Part shown: positions 39,491 to 49,328 of the stretch, one piece after another
Numbering within the stretch: position 1 is the first letter of the stretch
How the letters are laid out: every line of letters begins with the position of its first letter
Assembly: GCA_003209955.1 (NCBI GenBank)
Contig: QCOD01000001.1
Location: 33,330-97,329, forward strand
DNA: 64,000 nucleotides
Direction of reading: 5' to 3'
Source: OCS116 cluster bacterium AG-430-B22
GTDB lineage: Bacteria; Pseudomonadota; Alphaproteobacteria; MED-G09
Position numbers and translations under genes: made by a program
The notes under the pieces: generated by a model
What the model was told of the DNA's origin: nothing
The model's database searches: none
The model's input: only the letters and a program-made list of their open reading frames with translations

Positions 39491-40693
39491 ATGGAAAAAA
39501 TATACGATATTATTATCTGGGGAGCGAGTGGTTTTACAGGAAGATTAGCCGTCGATTATATTTATAAGAATCAAAATAACAGTAATTTGACATGGGCTGT
39601 AGCAGGCAGAAACGAGTCAAAGATTAAAGAGATGCTTGATGGAAAGAATGTGCCAATTCTTATTGCAGATAGCCATGATAAGGAATCCTTGGTCGATCTG
39701 GTTAAAAAAACAAAAGTAATTCTAACAACTGTTGGTCCATATGCGAGATATGGATCTGAGTTAGTAGAAGCATGTGCCGAGAATGGAACTCATTATTGTG
39801 ATCTAACAGGTGAAGTGCATTGGATGAGGCATATGATAACTAAATATCAAAATACAGCTCAAGAAAGTGGAGCAAAAATTGTTCATACTTGTGGTTTTGA
39901 CAGCATTCCGTCAGATATAGGAGTTTATTTTCTTCAGAAAAATATGCGTGAATTGTACGGTGTAAATGCAAAACAAATAAAATATAGAACAAGAGGCTTC
40001 TCAGGAGGTGCCAGCGGTGGAACTGTAGATAGTCTTATGTCAATGATGGAACAAGCCAAAAAAGATTCTTCTATTCTTAAAATTATTGCAAACCCATACG
40101 CTCTTAATGACAAAGAAAAAGGTCTAGATGGTCCGGATAAAATGTCACCATATTTTGACAAAGATTTTGACGCTTGGGTTGGCCCTTTTATTATGGCAGG
40201 AATTAATACTAGAGTAGTTAGAAGAACAAATGAATTACTCAATAATATTTATGGAGATAATTTTGAATATAATGAAGGTAGCATTACTGGAAAAGGGCCA
40301 AAAGGCTTAATTGGCGCAACAACATCTGGAGTGGTGACCGGAGGAATGGCAGGAATGGCAGCATTTTCTCCAACAAGATCGATTTTAAAAAGTTTTCTAC
40401 CTAAGCCAGGTGAGGGGCCTTCAGAAGAAACAATGGAAAATGGTTTTTTTGAAATCGAATTATTGGGCATCCACCCAACGGATAGGGATAAAGATATGAG
40501 GGTTTGGATTCATGGTGATAAAGACCCAGGATACAAATCTACCGCTAAAATGATATCGGAGAGTGCTATGGCTCTAGCTCAAAATGATTTAAGCGTTGGT
40601 GGTGGTTTTTGGACTCCCGCTTCTGCAATGGGAGATACTCTTATAAATCGCTTACCAAATGCTGGAGTAACTTTTAAGATAATGGATAGTTAA
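39491..40693 (+). CDS. Saccharopine dehydrogenase-like / trans-acting enoyl reductase family
   Basis: GASGFTG, AGRN, VGPY, YCDLTGE, CGFDSIPSD, GDKDPGY, TPASAMG. Confidence 0.88.
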   Translation: MEKIYDIIIWGASGFTGRLAVDYIYKNQNNSNLTWAVAGRNESKIKEMLDGKNVPILIADSHDKESLVDLVKKTKVILTTVGPYARYGSELVEACAENGTHYCDLTGEVHWMRHMITKYQNTAQESGAKIVHTCGFDSIPSDIGVYFLQKNMRELYGVNAKQIKYRTRGFSGGASGGTVDSLMSMMEQAKKDSSILKIIANPYALNDKEKGLDGPDKMSPYFDKDFDAWVGPFIMAGINTRVVRRTNELLNNIYGDNFEYNEGSITGKGPKGLIGATTSGVVTGGMAGMAAFSPTRSILKSFLPKPGEGPSEETMENGFFEIELLGIHPTDRDKDMRVWIHGDKDPGYKSTAKMISESAMALAQNDLSVGGGFWTPASAMGDTLINRLPNAGVTFKIMDS

Positions 40694-40701
40694 GGAGAAT
40701 A

Positions 40702-41058
40702 TTGATGATAAAAGTTATAATGCCTATGAGAAGAAAAGAAGGTATGACAATCGATGAATTTCGAGAATACTATGAAACTAAACACAGAATAATAGGTGAG
40801 AAATATCTAACAGGATACGCTACAAAATATATAAGACGCTTTACCAACCCTTTGCCTGACAGATCAGGAAAGACATTTGATCCAGATTTTGATGTATTGA
40901 TGGAGATTTGGTATCCGGACATGGAAACATTTGAAAAATGCGCTGAAAACCTTCAAAAACCTGAAATTAAAAAAGAAATAAATGACGATGAAGAAAAAAT
41001 TTTCGATTTGTCTTTAATGAGAACCTATATTGTTGAGGAACATGAATCTGAGATGTAA
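40702..41058 (+). CDS. EthD domain protein
   Basis: RRKEGMT.DEFREYYE..H, FDV.MEIW, DE...FD. Confidence 0.82.
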   Translation: MMIKVIMPMRRKEGMTIDEFREYYETKHRIIGEKYLTGYATKYIRRFTNPLPDRSGKTFDPDFDVLMEIWYPDMETFEKCAENLQKPEIKKEINDDEEKIFDLSLMRTYIVEEHESEM

Positions 41059-41338
41059 GATTTTCGTTTGAAATAACTTTAAGAATCAATAAAATAAATT
41101 TATTGATAAATCAAAGCGCTTAACAAGATCAGAGAGAGCTAGAAAAAGAAGAAGTAATACCAAAACCATTATTAGTAAAAGAACTCAAAATACTTATTCT
41201 CAATTTTATAGATTAAAAATAAAAAGACAAAAAATAAAAATTAAATTAGTTCAATAAAGCTTTAAAAAATTCTAATAAAAAAGTTATCCACATAAAATTA
41301 AAAAAAAATATCGCATAAATACAAAATTTCTTATTAGA

Positions 41339-41353
41339 TGATAATCATTCTCA
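41339..41353 (+). promoter_or_regulatory. Putative Fur box (7-1-7)
   Basis: TGATAAT-C-ATTCTCA, one mismatch to TGATAAT-N-ATTATCA; 26 nt upstream of ATG 41380. Confidence 0.7.
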
Positions 41354-41379
41354 GTTTTAAAAATAATAAGGAGGGTTAT

Positions 41380-41781
41380 ATGACTGAATATCAAATTCTA
41401 AATATGTTTTGGATGCAAGCTATAAGCAATGCAATGTTTCAATTAGGCGTTTTTGTTCTTTTGTGGGCTGCATTAAGAGGATCATTAAGGATTTATGATC
41501 AAGGAGCTAATTTACCTACAAAAATTATTAGTTCTTTATTCGGGCTTGGCATAGTTTATAGCGGTTTACAGATTTCTGGGTTCTTTTCTATTAATTGGAG
41601 AAGTACTTCATATTCTTTAGGGCAATTAGAGAATTTATCTCCGCATTCACAAAGATTTGTTGATTTTTTACCAATTTCCGATCCTCCTGAATTTTCATTA
41701 ATCCCATGGGATCCAATCACGGGCGTATGGTGGATAGTAGTTATTATCGCTCTTCTTGCGCCAATTTGGGTAAAGAAATAA
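41380..41781 (+). CDS. Hypothetical 3-TM membrane protein (paralog A)
   Basis: Strong SD AAGGAGG at 41368; aligns with the next ORF. Confidence 0.8.
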   Translation: MTEYQILNMFWMQAISNAMFQLGVFVLLWAALRGSLRIYDQGANLPTKIISSLFGLGIVYSGLQISGFFSINWRSTSYSLGQLENLSPHSQRFVDFLPISDPPEFSLIPWDPITGVWWIVVIIALLAPIWVKK

Positions 41782-41833
41782 AAATAATAAAAAATTATAA
41801 AAATCTATTCATTATTTAAGAAAGGAGAAAAAA

Positions 41834-42238
41834 ATGGATGAATTACAAATATGGACATTGTTTAGCTCGAACAGAATCGGTTCAGCTTTAATTGGAATAG
41901 GTATCATTTTGGCTATTTGGCTGTCTTTAAGAATTGCAAAGGCAACAAGAGAGTCAGACGAGGCAAATCTTTTTACAAAAGTTGTTTCCAGTCTTTTTGG
42001 TCTAATAACTCTTGCCTATGCTTGGCAACAATACACAATTGGTGGAAATATTAGAGTAGCTGCAGCGCAAAATCTTTCAAATTTAAAAGAGAGCGGTACA
42101 GAGCTTTCACAGGTTGCAGAAGGTTTTATTTCTAATGTTGGAACTACTTTTTCTCCTACGCCATCGGTATTAGGTATAGCATTTATTGTGGTTATAGCAG
42201 TTATGATTCTTGGACAGATTTGGCTTCCAAAAAATTAA
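41834..42238 (+). CDS. Hypothetical 3-TM membrane protein (paralog B)
   Basis: Strong SD AAGGAG; shares W..LR, ANL.TK..SSLFGL and terminal L..IW..K with the upstream ORF. Confidence 0.8.
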   Translation: MDELQIWTLFSSNRIGSALIGIGIILAIWLSLRIAKATRESDEANLFTKVVSSLFGLITLAYAWQQYTIGGNIRVAAAQNLSNLKESGTELSQVAEGFISNVGTTFSPTPSVLGIAFIVVIAVMILGQIWLPKN

Positions 42239-42257
42239 ATTTAAAAGAAAAAAAATT

Positions 42258-42290
42258 AAAGCGTCCTTGTTTAAGGGCGCTTTTTATTTT
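42258..42290. terminator. Intrinsic terminator, likely bidirectional
   Basis: AAAGCGTCCTT-GTTT-AAGGGCGCTTT flanked by A- and T-runs between convergent genes. Confidence 0.85.
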
Positions 42291-43720
42291 GGAAGCTTTC
42301 CACTTAAGTAATCGTGAAGCGTTTCATGAAAGTATCTAACTCTTGTTTCTTGAGCTGCAAGATAAGGCTCTTGGTATCCTTTAGACCTAACACCTCTTCT
42401 TAAACCATCAGTAAGTTGCCAGTCTTGGTAAACGACATGATCCCATAAGTCTTCAACTCCTTTGCCGCCATCATAATCTCTAAAATCTAATTCAACTTCT
42501 TGAAGTTTTACGGGGTTTACTTTAGTACGACTAAGAAATTCCTGGTCGTTAGCCTCATCTTTTTTACCTATACCTGCAGAGGTTGAAGTAAATTTTTGAT
42601 CGTTGTCTCTGCCTGTTTTTCCTATACCTTTTGCTGATCCACCAATTGGATATCCCATATCCCAAAGATCAAAAAAACATTTTTCAGGATCAGTTGGATG
42701 TGGAAACCAGTTTAAGAGAATACAACCATCTGCTTGTATACCCATAGCAATATTTGGAAAAATGAATTGAAAAGGGCTTTCTGTTAATTCTTCATCAGAT
42801 AGGTTTTCATAATGATGATAACCTTTTTCTTTATATAATTTTCTTTTTGCTTTTTTTAAATCTGTCCAACCCTGCTCAGATAACGTTTCATAATCAGGAT
42901 ACTGACTCACATCAACTCCCCAACTTTCAAGTATAATTTTGAACGGATGATCTTCATCTTCTTTTACTCTATCTCTTAATGATGGTCGACCCATTTGAAT
43001 TATTCTTGCATGACCTTTTGGAAACATTTCATATCTTGAAGTAAAATGATCTTGGTCAATTACTGAAGGGACCTGCGGATGTACAAATCGAGTATGATAT
43101 GACTCATTAAAATTATCGCAAAAGAATTTCCAATTAACATCCAACTCAACTCTAACCCATTGGGCTCTAATTTGGTCTTTGAAATTGTGATTTTTATATA
43201 TCTCAGGAATTGGGTCTAAATAATCCATAAGATCAGGAGCTTGATCGCTCATAGTGTAAAAAATGAAACCATCCCATGTATCAACTCTAACTTCGACTAG
43301 CTTTCTTTTACCTACTGGACTTCCTTGAGGATAGTCATCTTCATCAGGAACACTTATTACATCGCCATTTAACCCAAATTGCCAATCATGATAAGGGCAT
43401 CGAAAAGAGTCTTGTGAACTATCGCATTCAACTAGTCTTTGACCTCGATGCGCACAGCTATTGTAGAAACCTCTTAAAGATCCATCTTTTTGTCTTACAA
43501 TGATAACGGACTCTTTAACTAAATCATGAACTATATAATCACCTGGTTCTTCAATTTGCACTTCTCTACCAGCTATTAACCATACCTTTGTCCACATATG
43601 GTTCCATTCTTTATCCATAAAATCTTTACAAAAATAACGATCGTTAGTTATTGAGTCGCCTCTTAATTCATTAGGATTTTTACCGTCTAATACTGATGGA
43701 TGTTTGATTATTTTATCCAT
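42284..43720 (-). CDS. Rieske non-heme iron oxygenase alpha subunit
   Basis: CAHRG...CPYHD, NESYHTRFVH, YQD. Confidence 0.93.
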   Translation of the reverse strand: MDKIIKHPSVLDGKNPNELRGDSITNDRYFCKDFMDKEWNHMWTKVWLIAGREVQIEEPGDYIVHDLVKESVIIVRQKDGSLRGFYNSCAHRGQRLVECDSSQDSFRCPYHDWQFGLNGDVISVPDEDDYPQGSPVGKRKLVEVRVDTWDGFIFYTMSDQAPDLMDYLDPIPEIYKNHNFKDQIRAQWVRVELDVNWKFFCDNFNESYHTRFVHPQVPSVIDQDHFTSRYEMFPKGHARIIQMGRPSLRDRVKEDEDHPFKIILESWGVDVSQYPDYETLSEQGWTDLKKAKRKLYKEKGYHHYENLSDEELTESPFQFIFPNIAMGIQADGCILLNWFPHPTDPEKCFFDLWDMGYPIGGSAKGIGKTGRDNDQKFTSTSAGIGKKDEANDQEFLSRTKVNPVKLQEVELDFRDYDGGKGVEDLWDHVVYQDWQLTDGLRRGVRSKGYQEPYLAAQETRVRYFHETLHDYLSGKLPK

Positions 43721-43787
43721 TTTCCCCCAAGAAAAATTATCTATTAATTAATAATAATATTATTTAACTAGAAAAAAACAAATTTTG

Positions 43788-45104
43788 CTATCGATTTATA
43801 TATCTATCGATAAAATTATGAAATTGTTGGACGCGATTTTCTTGTCCCGATAAATACGCCCCTTCAAAACCACTTGAATGAAAGCCTAGTTGTTGGGCAC
43901 TAGCTCTTTCTAGGTCTTGGTCAGCCACATCACTAAGAGTTTCCTCACCAAATATGACAACTCTTTTTTCTACCTCTTCCCAAGGAACCATATCTTCAGG
44001 AGATGCAACTAGATCAGAATCATTAGACTTTAATGCAAAACCCCAATGATCAAATATAGATTTATTTGGATCGTCAGGATGTGGCTCTGTTCTTTGTAAA
44101 GAGACAACATTTGCCGTATATGTAATTGATGTTCCCGGAAAAATATTGAAATGAAATGCATCAGTTAACCATGCGTCAGGCAAATTCTCAAAATGATCGA
44201 ACCCCCTTTCTTTCCCAAGCTTCTTTTTTTGATTTTGTAAACTTTCTCTAACCAAATGAGCTTTTTTATTAAAATCTTCTGGGTTTAAATTCCAATAAGT
44301 TAGCTCAGCTTCTAATTTTTCATTCATCTCAAAAGTTTTTGAGTTTCTAAGTGAAGGAAGAGATCCCTTCATTTTCATTAAGTTATGACCTGTTTCATAG
44401 AGTTCAAAGTCAGTATTTTTGTAATCATCATCATAATAATCACTAATTTGAGGGTGAGTTGCGGGTAGATGATAAGATTCACAGAAATTATCCCTTAATG
44501 CTTTCCAATTAAAAGGAACTTCACAAACTTTATAATATACTCTTTTTAAGCCCTCATTATCATACATATCTAAATATTTAGTTATTTCACCGAGAAAACC
44601 TTTTAAAGGAAAACAATTTTTATCCATATTATACCATATAAAACCTGCATATTCTTCACATGGTATTTCATTAAGCTTTAGTTTTCCGCATGGGTTACCC
44701 TGCGGAAAATCATCGTCATCTTGAGCATAAATTAATTCACCTTCATAATTAAATTTCCATCCATGATATGTGCATCTAAAATCACTAACAAAACCTGCAT
44801 CAACATGAACAAGTCTGTTTCCTCTGTGTGGGCAGACATTATGAAAAGCTCTAACTTTATTGTGTTTATTTCTAACCAGTAAAATTGACTCTCTACCGAT
44901 ATTATGAGTTACAAAATCTCCTTCTTTTTCGAGTTCTCTTCCCCAGCAACCAATATTCCAAACTTTTGACCATAATTTTGATAGTTCTTTTTCCATAAAA
45001 TCTTTTGAAGTATATCTATCACCTGTAATTTTTACTTCTTCATCGTAAATTCTATTAGCTGAACCGCTTACGCTTGCTTTTCTTTGTTTTTCTGGATCTT
45101 CCAA
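43788..45104 (-). CDS. Rieske non-heme iron oxygenase alpha subunit
   Basis: CPHRG...CTYHG, CESYHLPATH, DQD; TTG start. Confidence 0.93.
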   Translation of the reverse strand: MEDPEKQRKASVSGSANRIYDEEVKITGDRYTSKDFMEKELSKLWSKVWNIGCWGRELEKEGDFVTHNIGRESILLVRNKHNKVRAFHNVCPHRGNRLVHVDAGFVSDFRCTYHGWKFNYEGELIYAQDDDDFPQGNPCGKLKLNEIPCEEYAGFIWYNMDKNCFPLKGFLGEITKYLDMYDNEGLKRVYYKVCEVPFNWKALRDNFCESYHLPATHPQISDYYDDDYKNTDFELYETGHNLMKMKGSLPSLRNSKTFEMNEKLEAELTYWNLNPEDFNKKAHLVRESLQNQKKKLGKERGFDHFENLPDAWLTDAFHFNIFPGTSITYTANVVSLQRTEPHPDDPNKSIFDHWGFALKSNDSDLVASPEDMVPWEEVEKRVVIFGEETLSDVADQDLERASAQQLGFHSSGFEGAYLSGQENRVQQFHNFIDRYINR

Positions 45105-45225
45105 AATATCCTCTTTAATCTATTATTTATATTTTATATAATTTGTATTGATATAAATGATATTAGCAATATACTATTTTATTATTAATAAGTAAATTCT
45201 ACGAAATAATTATTGGGGAGTCATT

Positions 45226-47682
45226 ATGAAAGTTTTTAATTCTTTATCATTTTCATTTATTTTAGTTTTTAGTTTCAATGTTTTAAATGCTCAAGAAGAG
45301 CCATTAGTTAATTTATCAAGCAGTATTGAAGAAATAGTTGTTACTGCAAGAGCAACAGATGAATCTATAAGGGATATCCCTGTATCAATTACTGCCTATG
45401 ATGAGGAAGCTCTTGAAACATTTGGAATTAAAGACCTCCAAGATTTAGCAGCTTCATCTGCATCACTTGAAATTGGTCAAATAAATAGCGGAAGCGGTTT
45501 CCAAATAGCAGTAAGGGGTATTTCCTCTAGTCCTGGAAGTATTGGAATTGAGCAATCAGTAGCGCTAATGATTGATGGCGTTTATTATCCACAAGGTAGA
45601 ACTATACATGAAGGATTATTTGATGCTAGCCAAGTGGCTATTTTAAAAGGCCCCCAAGCATTATATTTTGGTAAAAATGCTACTGCTGGAGCTATAGTCA
45701 TTACAACTAATGATCCTGGAGAAGAAACTGAGTGGTCAGCAAAAATATCTAATGAATTTGAATATAAAAATAAATCAGCAGAGTTAGTTTTTTCAACACC
45801 TATAAGTGATAATTGGGGAGTAAGACTTGCTTTGAAAAGTTCAAAAATGGATGAAGGCTGGATCATTAATGATGCAGGTGAAACTAGCTATAATACACTT
45901 GATGTAGGTAATGGTTTTGCTGCATCTTCATACCCAAATGATAAAGCATATGATTTTGCTCCTCAAACAGAAAATACATTTGCAAGAATAACTTTGAAAG
46001 GTCAGCTTGCAGACAATATTACATTAAAAGTAAAAGCATCCACTGCTGAAACTGAAAATACTTCTCTTGCTCTGCACGAAAATTTTGAATGTCTTACTCT
46101 AAACGGAGTATCGCATGTTAATTCAGGAGTTGGACCAGGCGGCATTCAAGCACCACTTCCTAACCCCAATGATATAACGGCTTGTAATAAAGATGGTAGA
46201 CGTGGATCTAATCCTATTCCTAAAGCTGTTGCTGATGTTACACCACTTGAAGGACAGTTTGGAGGGGCTCTTGGAGAAGTTTATGAGTCTAATATTATAA
46301 CTGCGAGTCTTGATATTGAATTAGATAATTATGATATATTAACTGTAGCTAATATTGCTGAACAAGAGGTTGGCTGGGTTATTGACTGTGATGGAACTGC
46401 ATTTACAAGTTGTTTTGCTGGTGAAGGCAACAGTTATGAAAATATAGCTATTGAGTCTAAAATTGTATCAAAAAATTCTGGTAATTTTAATTGGGCTTTT
46501 GGTGTCTATTATCAGGAATGGGAGTTAAATTTTGCTCAAGAAGTTACTTTTGCTAATTTGGAAGATTCATCAGCACCAGACATTTATCGTTATCTAGCTT
46601 ATAACAAGATCTCTCAAACTGAGGGTGAGGCTATATCAGTTTATGGTGAAGCTATTTGGGATATAAATGAGAATTTACAATTAACTGCTGGAGGTAGATT
46701 TATTAAAGAGGAAAAAGATTCCTATTTTACCCAACCTTATGCAAATGCAGCAGTTCTTGGGTTATTTAATTTAGGTAGATTTATTGAAGTTGAAACTGAT
46801 CTTGATGATTTTGTTCCTGAGGTAACACTTCGTTATCAACCCAATGATAATACAACTTATTATGTCGCTTATAAAGAAGGCTGGAAGTCTGGAGGATTTG
46901 ATAATGGTACAATTGATAGCACATTAAATATAGATCCATATAAAGATATTCAATATGATCCAGAAACCGTTAAAGGTTTTGAATTAGGCGTTAAGACTCT
47001 GTTATTTGATGGAGCTATGAAACTTGATCTTGATCTATACACCTATGAATATGATGACTTACAGCTTAATTATTTTAATGCTGCTATATTTGCTTATAGA
47101 ACTCTTAATGCACCAGAGTCAGAATCAAAAGGTTTCGATTTAGCGGTTACATACTACCCGCCTTTGATAGAAGGTTTACTATTAAATGCATCTGTATCAT
47201 ACAATGAGGCTGCCTATAAGAAATTTAATGGCCCTTGTTATAGCGGACAAAAGCCATCTGAAGGTTGTAATATTGGAACAGGTCCATTGAAAGATCAAAA
47301 TCTCGATGGCAATCAAATGGCCCTAGCTCCTGAACTAAGGATTAATTATGGGTTTAATTTTTCTACCCCTATAGGTAATGGTTTAGATCTTGGAATTAAT
47401 CTTAATGCAAAATTTTCTGACGATTATCCTTTAACCGCATGGATTAATGCTAAACAAGAGTCTTATACTACTGTTGATTCATCTGTATTTATAAATTCTG
47501 ATAGTGGCTGGTCTGTTGGCTTAATAGGAAGAAACCTAAGTGATGAATATATTCAAACAATTTCTGCCGAAACTCCATCAACCGGTGGTAATACAGGTAC
47601 AGAATTCGGCTTCCCTGCCGACAGATATGCCTATGTTAAGCCTGGTAGAACACTTATGCTTGAGTTATCTTACAAGAGATAA
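45226..47682 (+). CDS. TonB-dependent receptor
   Basis: Signal peptide, IEEIVVTAR, IPVSITA, ILKGPQALYFGKNATAG, GWKSGGF, PETVKGFELG, PGRT. Confidence 0.92.
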   Translation: MKVFNSLSFSFILVFSFNVLNAQEEPLVNLSSSIEEIVVTARATDESIRDIPVSITAYDEEALETFGIKDLQDLAASSASLEIGQINSGSGFQIAVRGISSSPGSIGIEQSVALMIDGVYYPQGRTIHEGLFDASQVAILKGPQALYFGKNATAGAIVITTNDPGEETEWSAKISNEFEYKNKSAELVFSTPISDNWGVRLALKSSKMDEGWIINDAGETSYNTLDVGNGFAASSYPNDKAYDFAPQTENTFARITLKGQLADNITLKVKASTAETENTSLALHENFECLTLNGVSHVNSGVGPGGIQAPLPNPNDITACNKDGRRGSNPIPKAVADVTPLEGQFGGALGEVYESNIITASLDIELDNYDILTVANIAEQEVGWVIDCDGTAFTSCFAGEGNSYENIAIESKIVSKNSGNFNWAFGVYYQEWELNFAQEVTFANLEDSSAPDIYRYLAYNKISQTEGEAISVYGEAIWDINENLQLTAGGRFIKEEKDSYFTQPYANAAVLGLFNLGRFIEVETDLDDFVPEVTLRYQPNDNTTYYVAYKEGWKSGGFDNGTIDSTLNIDPYKDIQYDPETVKGFELGVKTLLFDGAMKLDLDLYTYEYDDLQLNYFNAAIFAYRTLNAPESESKGFDLAVTYYPPLIEGLLLNASVSYNEAAYKKFNGPCYSGQKPSEGCNIGTGPLKDQNLDGNQMALAPELRINYGFNFSTPIGNGLDLGINLNAKFSDDYPLTAWINAKQESYTTVDSSVFINSDSGWSVGLIGRNLSDEYIQTISAETPSTGGNTGTEFGFPADRYAYVKPGRTLMLELSYKR

Positions 47683-47699
47683 TTAAAATATAGATAAAT

Positions 47700-47733
47700 A
47701 AGCCCTAAATTTTAATTGATTTGGGGCTTTTTT
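47700..47733. terminator. Intrinsic terminator
   Basis: AAGCCCTAAAT...ATTTGGGGCTT followed by a T-run, between convergent genes. Confidence 0.8.
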
Positions 47734-48145
47734 ATGTAGTATGTAAAATTGAAAAAGTCCTTTTTTGGAAATACCAATGACCATCAATTTTAATAAATTC
47801 ATCATGATATTGTCCGTGAGTTTGTGATTTAATATTTTCTTTATCTGTACCTACCTCGATTGTATATGTTGTTCCTTTAGCGATATTTCCATCAATTGTT
47901 AAAGATCCAAGCAGAGCTACAAATACTATGTATTCGTAATTACTCATGGCTTCTTCCCATTTTTTTACAATTTGATCTCTTCCTTCAACTTTTTCAAGAC
48001 CAGGAAAGTTTGGAACGCTCCAAATTGCATCTTCAGACCATGTATTACCCCAATCTTTTGAATCATTTCTACTAACTGAATCTCCATATGACATTACCAA
48101 TTCGTGAAGAGCTAGTTTATCTTCAGTATTTCCAACAAAACTCAT
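47732..48145 (-). CDS. SnoaL-like (NTF2-fold) protein
   Basis: EDKLALHELV.SY.D, WSEDAIW, GQYHD...IDGHWYF..R; similar to the 36682 protein. Confidence 0.85.
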   Translation of the reverse strand: MSFVGNTEDKLALHELVMSYGDSVSRNDSKDWGNTWSEDAIWSVPNFPGLEKVEGRDQIVKKWEEAMSNYEYIVFVALLGSLTIDGNIAKGTTYTIEVGTDKENIKSQTHGQYHDEFIKIDGHWYFQKRTFSILHTT

Positions 48146-48248
48146 GTTATCTCCTATTATTTATTTTATATTTTTTATATTAATACTATAAGATATAAGA
48201 GAGTAAATTCATAAAAGTTTTGAAACTGATTAACAATATGAAGTATTA

Positions 48249-49328
48249 ATGTTTTCGATATTAAGTAAAATAATTTTTTTGGTGTACCTATTAACATTTT
48301 TAAATATTTTAACAGCAAAAGAAATTGTAATTTACCCTAAAATTGAAACTGAAACTGTTTTTACTAAAGGCGATGCAGCAGATGATCCAGCTTTTTGGTT
48401 TAATGAAAATGATCCTGCACAAAGCATAGTTTTTGGAACTGATAAAAAGGCTGGTTTACATTCCTTCTCTTTAACTGGAAAAAGAATTCAGTATATACCA
48501 TCAGGTAAAATTAATAATATTGATATGAGAAGCGGCTATAGCTTTGGTGCAAAAAACTTTTCTATATTAGCAGGTTCAAATGCAAGTAATAACTCAATAA
48601 TAATTTATTTGATTAATGAAGATGGAATAATTGAAAAATTAAATAAAAATGAACTTAAGACAGAACTTGAAGGTGTTTATGGTCTTTGTATGTATAAAAG
48701 TAGCAAATCTAAATTTACTTATATTTTTGTTAGCGATGCTATAACACTTACCATTAATCAGTACAGAGTGCTTAATTTCTTTCCTATTAAAGCACAATTA
48801 GTTCGGGAAATTAAAACAGAATCAACCTCAGAAGGGTGTGTTGTAGATGATGAGACTGGTATTTTGTACTTTGCTCAAGAGGATGAAAATTCTGGTGTTT
48901 ATTTTGTTGACGCAGAGCCCATAGACAGTGAAATCAATACAATAGATAACATTAAAGAAAATGGTGGTAACATAAATGGTGATGCTGAAGGCTTAGCTAT
49001 ATTAAATCATCCTGAAGGTAAATTATTAATAGCATCATCTCAGGGATCAAGTGATTTTACAGTTTATAATTTAAGCAATAAGAATAAATTCATAGGAAGA
49101 TTTTCAATTGGCAAAGATAATGAAATTGATGGTGTCTCAAGAACAGATGGAATTGAAATTTATACTGGTTATATTAATGAAGATTATGAATTTGGTATAT
49201 TAATTGCTCAAGACGATATGAATATGGCAACCTTTGATTTGGATGGGGTTTCTTTACAAGCAAAAAAAATTAATCAAAACTTTAAATTAGTTCCAGTTAA
49301 GCAAATAGTAGAAAATTTTTTGGATTAA
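48249..49328 (+). CDS. Beta-propeller 3-phytase
   Basis: DAADDPAFW, GTDKK.GL, NNID, YGLCMY, EGCVVDDE, DAEGL, SSQG, TDGI, AQD, QNFK. Confidence 0.9.
   Translation: MFSILSKIIFLVYLLTFLNILTAKEIVIYPKIETETVFTKGDAADDPAFWFNENDPAQSIVFGTDKKAGLHSFSLTGKRIQYIPSGKINNIDMRSGYSFGAKNFSILAGSNASNNSIIIYLINEDGIIEKLNKNELKTELEGVYGLCMYKSSKSKFTYIFVSDAITLTINQYRVLNFFPIKAQLVREIKTESTSEGCVVDDETGILYFAQEDENSGVYFVDAEPIDSEINTIDNIKENGGNINGDAEGLAILNHPEGKLLIASSQGSSDFTVYNLSNKNKFIGRFSIGKDNEIDGVSRTDGIEIYTGYINEDYEFGILIAQDDMNMATFDLDGVSLQAKKINQNFKLVPVKQIVENFLD

Noticed and set aside
41284..41292. Perfect DnaA box TTATCCACA in an AT-rich gap (possible oriC)
   Set aside because: Only one box seen and no dnaA, gidA or other origin-linked genes nearby; skew not computed.
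41338..41379. ORF-track N-terminal extension of paralog A (likewise 32482-32562 and 36646-36681)
   Set aside because: Downstream ATGs have proper SDs and match paralog or family N-termini; this extension overlaps the Fur box.
45150..45172. Fur-like sequence upstream of the second TonB receptor
   Set aside because: Only about 10/19 matches and no dyad symmetry.
48200..48245. Possible Pho box upstream of the phytase
   Set aside because: No convincing 11-bp-spaced GTCAT repeats.
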